Source: Podospora anserina (taxonomy: Eukaryota). Taken from it: a stretch of DNA of 64,000 nt. This document shows, one piece after another, positions 48,991 to 63,101 of the stretch. Below the pieces are notes generated by a model. It was given only the letters and a program-made list of their open reading frames with translations. It was not told the origin of the DNA and made no database searches. A program made the position numbers and the translations under genes. The DNA is taken from assembly GCA_017654855.1 (NCBI GenBank), contig CM030337.1, positions 372,001 through 436,000 on the forward strand. Direction: 5' to 3'. Numbering within the stretch: position 1 is the first letter of the stretch; every line of letters begins with the position of its first letter.

Positions 48991-51020
48991 TTTCGGTGTT
49001 ACCTTAACTCCTAGATTGATGTTGTTGGGCCCTCATGTGTTTCTTTGTCGAGTTAGGTGATCATGCATGTTTCACATTCAGACAAGAGCCCAGTATCCCT
49101 TTCCTCATCATGTTTCTACCAAGTCAATTCCCTACAGACTCGTCGGACGGGGCACTCTAACTCCTGCTTTTTCCTAGGGCCGGGACTTGAAAAAATGACT
49201 TGTGACTGTCTGACTGGTATATTGATTCTTACCAGGCTGCTGATTTGGGTTCCTGGGACTGTTGAGCTGTTATAAACATGTCTAGTTCACAAGTCCATGT
49301 CCACATAGATGTCTGTTGTGGGACAGCTGAAATGCCAGCCAGTAGTATTTGGAAGATCATGCCCGGAATTTTAAAGAATCTGGAAGCAGGCTGTCATGGT
49401 AATCATGCTGTAACCCCCCCTACTCGCCCACTGTCATTCTACCTATTACAATATTCCTGAGACTTCCACCGTTGGATCTCACACTAGACAACTTCAGAAA
49501 TTTCACACGGCCCATGTGTTCGCCTCATTCCCTTTGCTCTCTCCTCCAACAGATGAGCCTTATAAAAAGTTGATAGGCTACAATTTTCCAATTGTCAATT
49601 CCCGTACTCATGCTGCCATGACAGTGAAGTGAAGTTACCTGTTGGAGTCTGCCCTTGTTGGCCTCTTCCGCTCTATCGAACCGCACGTGGGTCTTGTTTC
49701 CAGTCTGTACCACCAAAGCCGTCAATTCTTCGTGTTGTCTGATCGATATATGATTCGTGGCAGTTTGCATCTCAGACGTTCTTGTCATGTTGGTCAGGAA
49801 CTCTCCTGCCAATTCTGCAATGCTCATCTCTAGAGGAGCCGGAGCAGAGGCACCACTGCTATCCGGCTCGGCGCCGGAGCTGTCCGAAGCCTGGTCTTCG
49901 TTTTAGTTTTGGTTATCGGTGAAGCGAGCCGAAAGCCTTGGTTAACCACTGAAAAGTGATGATGGCGATACTCATGGAGCCAAAGACCTACAGATGTCTT
50001 GGTAAAGCTGTCTTCCTTCCCCCTGCAGTTCAGTACCCTTCACAAGGGCATACTCTTCCTCAACCACCCGGGTTTTACCAATCTCTGACCGTCTCAGTCA
50101 ACACAGATGGCGGCTATGGGCCGGGTCAGCACCGGGCCCTGCCGCTACAGCAGTGGCCGCCGCAGCTTGGGCTGAAGAAATGGGTGTGATGGGTCTCTGT
50201 TCTGACTCATTTCAGTTTTGAACATGCCCGTTAACCATCATCTGTATCAAGTTGTTATAGGAAGTAGGTGCTTCCCATGTCCAAGCCAGCGGTCGCCTGG
50301 AAAGAAGACTGATACTGCTTGAAAACGAAACCAGCACCGTCTACAAACAAATCAGCATCGCCTACGAGCGAAAAAAGAAGCGTGTGGAAACGTAGCAACC
50401 CGTCTATAGAAAGGTAGGCGGGCCCGCAGTAACACAGGAGGCTTGATTGAGCATATCCTGGATGTCTCGATCCCCGGTAGAGATGAATGCGGCTAGCGGG
50501 TTTGGGGTAGGGGCCCGGCCGGCGCTGAATTTGCGAGACTTCTCTTCTTTCTGTTCGTTCTTCTTCTTATTGGTCTTGCCTTTGTTGTTTCTATTATTGG
50601 GGACCCGAGACGGGTCTGAGGGGGATATTGCCCACAGGAGGGTGAGCTTGAAGCCGGGGAGCCAGAGGCCGTCAATTGTATTGTTCGTGTTTGCTTGATT
50701 GGTGTGAAGGTTCAAGCAAGATAAAGTAATTTTTAGGCGACCTTTCGAGCAACTTTTAGAGCGAAGGGAGAGAGAGAAAGGAATTGTAGAGAGTCGCAGC
50801 TTTGGAACAAAAACAATCTACTGCTTAGCTCACTTCGCTGGCCCAAGCTCCCTTGTGACTTTGAGTATCAAAGGCCAGGCCTCAGGCACAACATATAGAC
50901 AATAGACACTATTATGATAGGTTTATTCCCTACTCTCACCCCAGGACAGGTCTACCAGCCTCAACCGTCACCTCTAACTTTTCTAACATTCAATCCAATC
51001 TATCCTAAACTGAACCGACC

Positions 51021-53855
51021 CTAAAACTCCATCGCCTCCCCCTGCTGCTGCTGCCCTCCTTGGCCCAGCCAACTCCCTCCCCTAACCCACTCCACAACCT
51101 CAAAGCCAAGCCTCCTCTCAATCTTCTCATCAACCACAACCTGCTGCTGCTCCCCCTGACTACTGCTCCCCCCCTCCTGAGACATCAAAACAGGAATCTT
51201 GACCGCAATCAACCCCCCAGCCTTGATCTCCACACCTCCCCCCTGTTGCTGCTGCTCCTTCGGCGACAAATTCGACGACTGCTGCTGCTGCTGCTGATAA
51301 ATCCCCTTGACATAAACCACCAAATCCGCCCCAGCAACGCCCCTCCAAAGCGTAGCCATCCACTGCCAGTGATCCACCGGCGCATATGAATCACTAATGG
51401 GTGTCTGACAAGCAAACTTATCCGACAGCGTCAAGCTAAACCCGCTAGGAAGAAGCGCGATGGGCACCTTTGAGGATGACGCATGACCAGGCAGTGGATG
51501 CCGGTGTCGAGGGGTGGGCGTCATCGACTCGGTATCCAACGAGGGGTGGCTCGCCGACGGGGAGGAGCCCTGCGGGGAAGTGACAAACGAGACAATCTCG
51601 TTCGATTTGGCGTGCCACTTTGTGATGGTGCGGAGGTACGTCTCGAACGGGCTAGAGTCGGATGGTTGGCGGAACGGAACCGGCGTCGTGCTGCCGGCTC
51701 TGGAGCCGAGGACGACCTTGGAGCTGCTGGCGTTGCTTTCCCTGCCGGAGAAGCTACCGGTTCGCTCTTTTGTTGTCCCGTCGTCGGACGATTCGTCATC
51801 GGCGGCGTTCCATGTCCTGATATCCCAGTTCTCGCCTCTTTCCTGGCGCAGGGCACGCTCGATGACACCGCCTACAAGCTTCATCAAAGACAGATCAACC
51901 CCTTCCACAGCAATTATAGGGCCTCGCCTCTTCTTCCGAGTTCCCTGGGGATCCGAACCCAAAGGAGGAGAAATTCGTTCCAGAACTCGGAGCTTGTTGA
52001 TGTAGGAAATGGACATTACCATCGCTTCCACGCTGCGTCGGGCGGCTTCCTCCTCCTTGGAGTCTTGACGGGGGTTGCTTTGGGGACCAGAAAAGGCAGA
52101 AGGTGGGTGGGAAGAAGAGAATGCGGTTTTGGTGCTGGAAGGGTAGGCACTTCCAATTTCAGACTCATTGTCTGGGGAGGTTGGAATTCGAGAAGTAGAA
52201 GGATTACTCGTTGAAGTCGACAGATGGAGGGGAGGCAGGCGGAGGGACTCGTCAAACTCACCACCAGTCGGAGGTTGGGAAGCACCGCCGGAGAGAACAG
52301 ACGACAATGAGCCAGTGCGTTGTTGTTGGGATTGGTGTAGGTATGTTTGATGCTGTGGTGGCGGTGGCGGGTATTGGTGTGAAGGAGGGCCGTACGGAGA
52401 TGACACGGACAACGACAAACTTGGGGCTCTGGGAACGGGTGGAGGAGCCATACTCCCCGTGATGCTACCTCCTGACAGTGGGCTCGGTCCTGGGCTGACA
52501 CGAGCAAGCATGGAAGATGGACCCGGCAGTTGCGGAGGCCCGTAACCCGGTGTGGGCGAACTGCTCATGCTCATCGAAGCTCGAGACACAGACCCCCTGG
52601 GAGGCCCGGGGTATGAATGAGGTAGTGGAGGAGGGGGTGAAGGTAGGGAATGGTAGTTTTGGTAGCTTCCTGCTGCATTGTACTTCCTACGCTTGGCTTC
52701 CGATGGAGAATAAGGATCTTCGTAGTGTTCACGAATATCGTACAGGCTGGCACCACTTCCTTGTGGTCCCCATTGAGGTCGAGCGGCTCCTCTTGCCGAA
52801 GCAGGCGTTGGTGGAGGTTGCTGGTGGCGAGGGTAGCCCGGAGGTGGTGGATGGCCTCCTCCGCCTGGAAAAGGGGGCTGTTTCGCCGCCGTGGGAGTCA
52901 TGAATGGCGTAGATGGTGTTCTCGGAGTGGCAATGTATCTTCCTCCACAGTTTGGACACTTGTGTGGATCTTGTCCTGGCGCAGTTGTTCTACCTGATGG
53001 AGCACCACTCTTATTTCCTCTTCTCGGCTGGTATCGATAGCCTGGAAACTGTGTCTGATGCCGCAGCTTTTCCGCCTCTGCCAGCTCTTTCCACCTGTTT
53101 TTGGACTCTTCTGGCTCAGCCTTCCAGTTCTCGCCAATGATCTTGGAAATATCCGGGTTGGCGAGACCAGGATTTTGTTGAACAATCGTCGCTTGATGGG
53201 CTTGGCGATAGAGTATAAAAGCTAACCACAGCCCGAAATCAGCGATCAACTTACAGCAAAGGCACAAAAAAAAAGAAAACATACCGTTTCTTGGTCTTGG
53301 AATCTTCGGTGGAGGTGCGCAAAGACAGACAAGATCCTGCCCAGAACCGTTGTCCTCTAGAACACGGTCACCGTGAAAAGAACTAGGATTGCTTGTAGGT
53401 GTCTGAAGGGTCAAGCTCTCGATCCGTGAACGGTTGTTGGCTTCCTCCGTGTTAATGGACGCCGCTCGCTTTCTAGTTATTGGCCCGCTGCCGAGCTGAA
53501 AAATATGCCCGTGCGAAGAGGAAGAAAAAGAAGAAGAGCCACGAGTAGAATGGGCAGGGCCAGAGGGTAAAAGAGGAGCTGAGGTCACAATGTGAGTGTC
53601 TTGTCTTGTCGATGTGGCCCTTGCAGCCGGTATTGATGCTGACTCTCCGCCTCCGACGGCCGTTCTTATGGACGAAGATGTGGACGGTGTGCTTCCCCCT
53701 CCTGCCAACCTCGCAGCAGACATGGCTGAGCGGGTTAAAGGGCCAGTCTGTTGCTGCTGATGTGGTTGCTGCTGCTGCTGTGAACCTGGTGGCTGCCGCT
53801 GCTGCTGTGAGGACGAAGGTATTACTTCTGTCATTTTTCCTCCCCCTTTTCCCAT
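51021..53855 (-). CDS. MATA/SOX-type HMG-box transcription factor (Rox1/Rfg1-like). Intron 53284-53222; start 53855 or 53834
   Basis: KIPRPRN|AFILYRQ.HQ..IVQQNPGLANPDISKIIGENWK....KNRWKELAEAEK.RH..QFPGYRYQPRR; CPNCGGR motif; P/Q/S-rich regions. Confidence 0.92.
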   Translation of the reverse strand: MGKGGGKMTEVIPSSSQQQRQPPGSQQQQQPHQQQQTGPLTRSAMSAARLAGGGSTPSTSSSIRTAVGGGESASIPAARATSTRQDTHIVTSAPLLPSGPAHSTRGSSSFSSSSHGHIFQLGSGPITRKRAASINTEEANNRSRIESLTLQTPTSNPSSFHGDRVLEDNGSGQDLVCLCAPPPKIPRPRNGMFSFFLCLCCKLIADFGLWLAFILYRQAHQATIVQQNPGLANPDISKIIGENWKAEPEESKNRWKELAEAEKLRHQTQFPGYRYQPRRGNKSGAPSGRTTAPGQDPHKCPNCGGRYIATPRTPSTPFMTPTAAKQPPFPGGGGHPPPPGYPRHQQPPPTPASARGAARPQWGPQGSGASLYDIREHYEDPYSPSEAKRRKYNAAGSYQNYHSLPSPPPPLPHSYPGPPRGSVSRASMSMSSSPTPGYGPPQLPGPSSMLARVSPGPSPLSGGSITGSMAPPPVPRAPSLSLSVSSPYGPPSHQYPPPPPQHQTYLHQSQQQRTGSLSSVLSGGASQPPTGGEFDESLRLPPLHLSTSTSNPSTSRIPTSPDNESEIGSAYPSSTKTAFSSSHPPSAFSGPQSNPRQDSKEEEAARRSVEAMVMSISYINKLRVLERISPPLGSDPQGTRKKRRGPIIAVEGVDLSLMKLVGGVIERALRQERGENWDIRTWNAADDESSDDGTTKERTGSFSGRESNASSSKVVLGSRAGSTTPVPFRQPSDSSPFETYLRTITKWHAKSNEIVSFVTSPQGSSPSASHPSLDTESMTPTPRHRHPLPGHASSSKVPIALLPSGFSLTLSDKFACQTPISDSYAPVDHWQWMATLWRGVAGADLVVYVKGIYQQQQQQSSNLSPKEQQQQGGGVEIKAGGLIAVKIPVLMSQEGGSSSQGEQQQVVVDEKIERRLGFEVVEWVRGGSWLGQGGQQQQGEAMEF

Positions 53856-55404
53856 CGGGCTGATTAGCGTCTCGAGCTCTCTGAGAAAAAAAGAGGCAAA
53901 GAAGGAAAAGACCAGAAAAAGCTTTGTGTTGAGTAAGACAACAAACGGATTAGAGGGGAAGACTGGTAGGGAGTGGAGGGGCCTACAACCAGAAAGACTA
54001 GTCCGCAGATTGATCCAGTCTATCGGGACGCACAATCTCCCACCTCTCCTCTCTCTCCTCACCGGGCACCCCTACTCCTGGATATGGCGTTTGACCTGTC
54101 TCTCCACCTCCACCTGGGAGACGAAGCCTGAGGTGAGCTGGGCTGGGCTGGACAGGACAGGGCAGGGCCGGGTCTGACGAGGTGTATGACTGGCCTGCCT
54201 GTCTCTCTGTATGTATGTCTTGGAATGAGGACAGGAGATGGTGTCGTAAAAGAATCCGGACCAGAAAGAAACTGCAAACAAGGAAACTCCATCTACACCC
54301 AAGAGGTTCCGTTGTGGTTGGCCAGTTGCCGTGCGTCTGCGTATGAGCGGTGTCAAGAGGAGGCAAAGGCCTCTCTCCGTCTCTGCAAGTGTTATCTGTC
54401 TGAGTGACTTCCCGCCAGGAGAGAATGGGAAAAAAAAACGACCAATCAATAGGAGTATATGTCGGGATTGTATCCTTTGTGATCTGTCTTCCCCGTTAAT
54501 TTCACCGTCCCCAGACAATGCCAGAGACCCCTCTCCAGATGGCCAACAACGGGAGAAAGAGACAGATAATGGATGACCGTATCATTGGGTGCCCCAGAGA
54601 GTATTGCTCCGTGGCTGACGGTGGGTGCTAGTCTAAAATGACATTATTACGAACGACAGCGTGATCGGCCTAGTGACAACAGATGGAAAAGAGTGGGCAG
54701 TCCAGAGTCGCGTAGCTGTGGTTGTGGTTGTGGTTGTCGATGTCTCGGGAGCCAGTATGCGCCGCAGCTCCAACGTTGGCTGCACCAGACTTTTTCTTTG
54801 TCCCCGCGTTTGCAGACATTCCGTTCGCAGTGGCCCATTTCAGGCCAGAAATCGTCTTGATCCAGCCTCTCTCTGCCATGACAATGCCAAAGGCACAAGG
54901 AATGTGGGAGCATGCCGTTGAGGAATGAGCACGCTGGACAAAGACCATGGTGAACCGAAACAGGTCTGGCCCCTCTTCTGACATCCTCTTGTTCGCTTCA
55001 AATTCCAGCCCAAGAGGGGTCCCGATTGTTGGCCAGAGTGTGGGGAAGACGGTCATAAAGAAAGAAAGAAAAAATATGATAGTAGTTGTTGTCGTTGGGT
55101 TGCTGTTTATATCATCCTGTCTTTCTCAAGCGCAGTCCCGCCAGCCAGCTCCCGTCGCAAATGTTCCCTTCCTCCCAAACAGATATCATAACAAAAGCAG
55201 AAAAAAAGTGATTACGCGCCAACTCCGACCTGCAACGCAGTTTTCCCAACCAAACCGGTATCCTCATCTATCATACGTGCTAAAATCAGAGATGTGACCA
55301 GTACCTATCCGCCGTGCTCTAAGCTTGCTTGGCCGCTACCCCTGAATCACCCCACCGCTCCGAGACCGACGATATAGAACTTCGATGTGTGCTGAGAACC
55401 CAGC

Positions 55405-56962
<1,558 letters not shown>

Positions 56963-57445
56963 ATTCGATGCTGGTGTTTGTGTCTTTGTCTTTCGAAGAT
57001 ATGATTTGTATCAGATGTCGCCAATTCGAAGTTGTTCGTTTCAAAAGGCGTCTGTTTGATGGCGGTGGAAAGGCTGTGAACTTGGGAGAGAAAGGCGGAC
57101 GCGAGCTCTGGAAGCTCTCAAATTTCCAGGAAACGCGATTGATCACTGCCAACCAAAAGCCAAACCAGGTGGTCTGTGCACTGGCGTATAAATAAATGAC
57201 TGAAAGTTGAGCAAAGCATCAGCAGAGTCGGCGACTCTGTGGTGGAATTACTATTAGATGAGTGCATATAGTGGTTACTTTGAAGTTATTCAACATATTC
57301 GACACCATGATTCCAAGTGTTGACTTGTCTATTTGCCGTGTCTCTTATGACACTTACCAGTGAGTGTTTTAGGGTTAGGGTTCCCGCATCAGTACCACTA
57401 CCCCCTTTTAGTCCTGACCTATGCCGCCACTTTCATATCCATCTC

Positions 57446-58915
57446 TCATCTACTTCTCAGCCTATCCATTTCCATAGATCCCTCCTCGTCCCCAGAGCTT
57501 GTGTCCTCTCCATTCAACATCGGCACCCCTTCTTCTCTACTATTGGCACCGCCCCCTTCCACATCCTGCTCCTTGGACCCCGCCCCTTCCACCTTCTTCT
57601 TGCCCAGAGCCGCCCACATTGCCCCTCCCAAGATCAAGGCACACCCCATCACACTCCACAGCCCCATTGTGTGTCCAAACACCCACCTGTCAAACCCAGC
57701 AGCAAACAGCATGTGAGTGTACACCATTGCCGTCGCCCTGTTGCTCTTTTCTCCTGCGAGCCCTGCCGTCAACAGAAACTGCAAACCGAAGCCGCATATA
57801 CCCAAGCTTCCCAACAGAAACCACTGATAACCTGACGACGGAAACCCAAATCTGATGGCTGGCTGTCCGATATCCAGCAGTGGGCAGACAAGTAAAGCGG
57901 TGGTGCTGACGATGGTACTAAAAACAGAGAAATAGTTGACCGTGATTAGCGGGTGAGTCCGTTTGCCTATCCAGCGGATGGTACTGTATGCCCCCGCTGC
58001 TCCAAGGACGCCGAGTAAGGCAACCAAGATGGCGAAAAGACGTTGGGTAGGTGTTGCATTGTCTCCAGGTGGATGGTGAGAACCTTCCCCTGACAATGGC
58101 GGAGGTGAATCAGTGGAAGACGAGAAGAGCGAAGTGGGTTTGGCGATGAGGACAACTCCTCCGAGGGCTATGAACGAGGCGATCTGTTCTTTGCGAGTGA
58201 ACGGGTCCTTGAGCAGCAGGTGGCATATGTAGCCTGCTACACAGGGGGCGAGGAAGGTGATGACTGTTGCCTCGGCCAGGGGAAGGTACATCATGGAATA
58301 CCACATGCCGTAGATACCAAACTGCGGGCTTGTTAGTATCAGAGCTCGGAGTTAAAGGGGATAATCTCCACATACGAATCCGCTGAACCCTCTAAGAAGC
58401 AACAGAGGTCTGATATTCCTGGGACCCATGGGAAAATCGGGGATGTTCTTCCAGTACATGTATATGCAAGAGAGTATCGAGGTGACACTCATCCGCACAA
58501 AGAGAATCTGGAGAGGGTGCATTCCATCTCCTTCCAACTCGAGTAGCCTTGCCGAAACGTTCATGAGAGCACCAAACAACTGTGCAAAGACCACCAATAT
58601 CGGTCCCTTATTCTTCTCCCAGAATGCAAGACATGACCTCGAGAAGGCACTTTGCTTTTGCTTCTCTCGAGAAAGGGTAGGGGACCTTGGCGAGGCTGGA
58701 GCTGGAGCACGGCGTGAAGGTGAGGACGATAAGGCTCCTCGTTGCGGGTTTGGACTGACAGACCGTGATCGAAGACCTTGTATGTTTGTTGTCAAGTATG
58801 GCGATGAAGTCCTAACCTTGCCAGTAGCCACCACCTCCATAGGAAGGTTGTCAATGACATCGTCATCATCGCTCTGCTCAGACTGCTTGCTAGGTACGTT
58901 AAGATAACGGGACAT
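57446..58915 (-). CDS. EamA/DMT-family membrane transporter. Exons 58915-58376, 58321-57446
   Basis: Two EamA-like repeats: QILFVRMS, LLLRGFSGF|FGIYG.WYS..YLPLAEATVITFLAP, QFLLTAGL..EK..RAT.MVY. Confidence 0.9.
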
Positions 58916-59853
58916 AATTGCGGAAAATATAAGTGTATTTGGACAAAAACCACAAGAGGATTACTCATCTTGCCCGTTAACAAGATGTAGAAAGAGGAAA
59001 AGAAGTTTATGGTTCAACGAGAAAAAGCCAAACCTACCTAAGCACCTCAAAAGCGGAGAGAATAGCATGCCCGGGGGCTGTTATCCCCGGACCGGGCGGA
59101 GTGCTAGGCACACCTTAAGCCTGACTGACTGCTTGGGCGACGGAATTGCGACTGTGAATGGTCAACACAAACAGACGCCATGCTGTGATCCAGGCTGGCA
59201 GGCAGTGACAGCCATCGGATACGGGAACCGTTCGTCGGATGCCAGGGGTCGACCATACTATGGCTCTACCCGCCCGATATCGCGGCGGGTGACATTGAAC
59301 GTCGGTTTTTGCGTGCTTCATCTCTGCGTCATTCGAACGGTGCTAAACCCAAGGACAGAAGGTGTTTGGTTAGGAGGGGTAGGTATGTGGGGGTCGGCGT
59401 CATATGAGTGCTTATCCACTCGAATTTTGGCTTCAAGGTCCATCGACAGTACGAAGTATCCACAGCCACTTCGACCGTCTCTGAAGAGCATCAGATTATC
59501 TTTGGAAGCCTCTTCGCTAGGCAGGTCTCTCGTCGGAGAGTTTATTGTATTGGCTGGCTGAGAGTTGCAGTGTCGGTGTTGAAGAAATGAAGAAATGAAA
59601 GGAGTGATCGGCAAAGGAATTCATTGACAGGCTTGGCTCGTGCTTTCCCAGATCCCAGATCCCAGATAGACAATGGTTACACAATCAGCAAGAACTCTCA
59701 TTTATAGACGCGTCGATTGTCTGCATCACCTGTCATTTTTGTTTGGCAAAACTGCTGTTGTATCATTCTTGGAAGGCAACGCCATGGCAAACTCCAAGCA
59801 CCTCCTCACGACTCATCTATCTTCATATAAAACCGACCTCCACACGCACAATC

Positions 59854-61182
59854 ATGGCCTCCAAGAGACGCATTGGTGCCATCGTTGGTGCCTCCTCTAA
59901 ATCAGTGAACCATCGCATCACCGATTTTTATGGTCCACCAGCCCGATTGAAGCGGCAAAAGACCCAAGGTCCTATCCTGGACTCTGCCACTGAGCCCCAG
60001 TCGACCACAATGGCACCATCCCTGGCCGAATCATCCTGGGAGGACAAGCCCTCATTGGCAGACCTCAACTTATTCTCCCAAGAGGAACAAAACTGGGAAG
60101 TGAGAGACACCAAACCACCACCCCAACCTCAACGTCAAAAGGTCAACACAGGAGGAGGCTTTCATCAGTCTAACGAGAAGAAACAGCACTACACCCGAAC
60201 CAGGGCATCAAGTACCTCGACAGTTCACTCACTTCCTGGAAAAACTCGCTCTGAACCAAAGACTAGAAAAATTGTCCTCACCTACGAGCAGGGTGATTTG
60301 TTTGATGCCCCGCCCAACAGTGTCCTCATTCACGCCTGTAATACGATTGGCAAGTGGGGAGGCGGTATTGCTCTCGCTTTCAAGAAGTCTTACCCAGCTG
60401 CCTTTGAGATTTACAGGAAGCATTGTCAAGAGTTTACCCCGGATGAGCTCGTCGGGACGGCTCTTCTCATTGCCCCTCAGTCCGACAAATATTCGCATGT
60501 TCGGGATGATGAGGTCGAAGCTGGTAGTGTGGAGGGTGACGACGAAGCCAAAGATGCCCCTGAGGTCAAAGACGAAGATAGAGCTGAAGTTGACGAGAAT
60601 GAGGTTGGCAACGCCGGGGTACAAGACACCGATGGCAAAACAAGCAACGCCAGCAAAGAACCCCCAGAAGAAGAAACCACCAACTGGATCCAAGTCCCAA
60701 AACGCTCCATACACCCCCAAGAACAGAGATTCAACTGGGCCAGGCAGAACGACGACGATGGTTCCAAAAGTGAATCCAACCCCCAGCGCCGGTCCCCCCA
60801 CGAAAAAGACATCCACTACGTCGCCTGTCTCTTCACCAGCAAGAACGTCGGCGCCAAGCGGGACCCCCCGGATGAGATCCTCAAGCACACCGAGTCAGCC
60901 ATGCTCAATTTCTTGTCCAAGCTCAACGACGTCAAGTTCAACCAGGAGGACTGCCCTTTTATTCCCCAAGTCAGGATGTGCAAGATCAACTCGGGGCTTT
61001 TTGGCGTTCCGTGGGAGCGGACGAGTGGGTTGCTGGATGGGATGCCGCTGAGCAGGTTCCAGACGTGGGGGAGGGGGGATTTTAAGATTGTGGTGGCTTC
61101 CAAGGACGGCGATGGTGTGGTGAACGAGGAGAACGGGGAGAAGAAGAAGAAGATGTCCAAGGGGGAGGAATGGAGGGAATAG
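59854..61182 (+). CDS. Macrodomain protein (Poa1/TARG1-like ADP-ribose hydrolase) with an acidic insertion
   Basis: GDLFDAP..SVLIHACN..GKWGGGIA.AFK..YP.A, YVACLFTS, RMCKINSGLFGVPW. Confidence 0.88.
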   Translation: MASKRRIGAIVGASSKSVNHRITDFYGPPARLKRQKTQGPILDSATEPQSTTMAPSLAESSWEDKPSLADLNLFSQEEQNWEVRDTKPPPQPQRQKVNTGGGFHQSNEKKQHYTRTRASSTSTVHSLPGKTRSEPKTRKIVLTYEQGDLFDAPPNSVLIHACNTIGKWGGGIALAFKKSYPAAFEIYRKHCQEFTPDELVGTALLIAPQSDKYSHVRDDEVEAGSVEGDDEAKDAPEVKDEDRAEVDENEVGNAGVQDTDGKTSNASKEPPEEETTNWIQVPKRSIHPQEQRFNWARQNDDDGSKSESNPQRRSPHEKDIHYVACLFTSKNVGAKRDPPDEILKHTESAMLNFLSKLNDVKFNQEDCPFIPQVRMCKINSGLFGVPWERTSGLLDGMPLSRFQTWGRGDFKIVVASKDGDGVVNEENGEKKKKMSKGEEWRE

Positions 61183-61486
61183 GCGTACAGATGAGCCTGG
61201 ATAATCCAATAGATACAATGGGGGTGGCATGTTCGCAGGCTTTGAACGCAGCTTAATAGACATCTAATGACATCTGAACACACTTGAATCATATGCTCTC
61301 TTATAATCCCATTCATATCAAGGTCCTCTGACGGCTCGTGTACATACGCAGCTAAAACGCCATTGTCCAGTATTATTCTGTTGATCATGCCGTAAAACAA
61401 TACCCAAAACTCCATCGCTATGATATATCTTCCTTCCCGTGAAAAAAAGAAAGAAAAAAGAACAGCAAATCCCACATCTTCAAAAC

Positions 61487-62116
61487 CTATCTCCGCCTGA
61501 TGGCACTAACAACATCAGCATCCCCCTCCAAATCATCATCCAACCCATCCTCCAAGTCCTCCTCCCCAATATCCATCCTATCCACCTGCTGACTCTGCGA
61601 CTGCGACCCCGACCCCTCCGGCTGGACACTCTGACTCTGACTCTGGCTCCCACTCCCCGCACTTGCCCCCCTATCCTTCCGCGGCCGTCCCCTCTTCCCC
61701 TTGGCCTTCTCCCCCCCTTCCCCACCAGCCTTCTCCTTCTCCCGATCGGCCTTCTCCTTCTCCTCCCTCTCGGCATCCTTCATCCACTGATCCTCGATAT
61801 TGAAATTCTTCCTCGCGGCCTCAATCTCCTTCTTCTTCTCAAACACCTCCTGGATCTTGCCCATGAACCTCGGGTTGCGGCGCATGGCGAACTCAAAGTC
61901 TTCAAACTTGACCTTTTGGCGGCCGGCGTGGTGGGCGGCGCGGGTGGCCTCGAAAGAGACGCCCTGGATGAAGTCGGTGAGGACCTCGTCGAGGAGGCGG
62001 ACCGTCTCGTTGAGGGGGAGGCGGGCGTCGCCGTGGGAGTAGAGGAGCTGGGCGAGCTCGTTGTGGCCAAAGTTCATCTTGCCGACATTTTTGCCGGCGC
62101 GGGCGCGGGGTTCCAT
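61487..62116 (-). CDS. TAF13: TFIID subunit 13 (histone fold)
   Basis: LLYSHGD...PLNETVRLLDEVLTDFI...A...GRQKVKFEDFEFAMRRNPRFMGKIQE. Confidence 0.9.
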   Translation of the reverse strand: MEPRARAGKNVGKMNFGHNELAQLLYSHGDARLPLNETVRLLDEVLTDFIQGVSFEATRAAHHAGRQKVKFEDFEFAMRRNPRFMGKIQEVFEKKKEIEAARKNFNIEDQWMKDAEREEKEKADREKEKAGGEGGEKAKGKRGRPRKDRGASAGSGSQSQSQSVQPEGSGSQSQSQQVDRMDIGEEDLEDGLDDDLEGDADVVSAIRRR

Positions 62117-62711
62117 TTTGGGGTTGTTGGAAGGGGAGTTGGCCGCGGCTTGCGAGAATGGGTGGGTGGGTGGTGATTATTGGGAAGGTTAGAATGAGTT
62201 GTAGTTCGCGTTTGTGTTGTGAGCTTGTGACGTTGTTGATGGATGGATTTCGAACGCGCGATTGTCTTTTGGTTCAGAATCTTTGTCGACAATCATTGAC
62301 AAGTTTATCCTCTTCGGGCGGTCGATATCAGCGATGGAGTAATCTGAACAGCTTCGTCAAAAGTTACAGCTGTTGATGATGATGGAAGAAGGAAGCATCG
62401 TCCATCAAGGTCCCCGCAAAAAGTCGTCGTGTGGAGCTCCCAAACGAACGGTTCCAGAACTTCCAGCCGCACATCCCTGCCAGGGGCTCCACCTTCGCCC
62501 TGTTTAAAAGTGGGTCTAGACAGGTGGCCTGAGCTTGTCAGGACACGACACGGGGGTCACTTTGGCTTCAATTCAGAGGTGATGACATCTTTATTTCTGG
62601 CAGGCAACTCACAGCGTACTTCACACATACCATCTCGCAACACCAAATCACCCCAATACTGTATCAAACCATAAAAATCTGAAGACAATCGATAAGAATA
62701 AAACCGACAAA

Positions 62712-63101
62712 ATGGTATATTTCATTCCATGTCTTGTTGCGACATAAGAGTAAAAGCTAATGATGGTGAACAGTCCGCCCTTTTCAACCTCCAGTCACTC
62801 CTCCTTGTAATCCTCCTCCTAATCTGGTACTTTCACCCCTCACTTTCACCGTCCTATAGGATGCTCATACTAACTCACGACAAAGCACATGCGCCCACGT
62901 CCACCAAATCTTCCCCGCCATCCTCGACAGAAACAAGACCGGCCTTATGGGTGTCTTTTGGAAGTCAGCCAGGATCGGTGAGAGACTGAGCCCGTACATG
63001 AGTTTGTGGTGTCTCTTCATGGCTGTGAGTCAAAATCGTGCTCTTTTACAGTTATGGCGTGTGCTAATGAGGAACAGGGCTCCATCTTCCTCAGCTCTTA
63101 A
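62712..63101 (+). CDS. KSH1: Protein kish (TMEM167 family). Exons 62712-62714, 62774-62826, 62886-63024, 63078-63101
   Basis: [72 protein letters not shown]. Confidence 0.9.

Noticed and set aside
49525-50715. Minus-strand ORF fragments (49525-49827, 50404-50715) as one gene
   Set aside because: Could not build a consistent exon chain or recognise a domain
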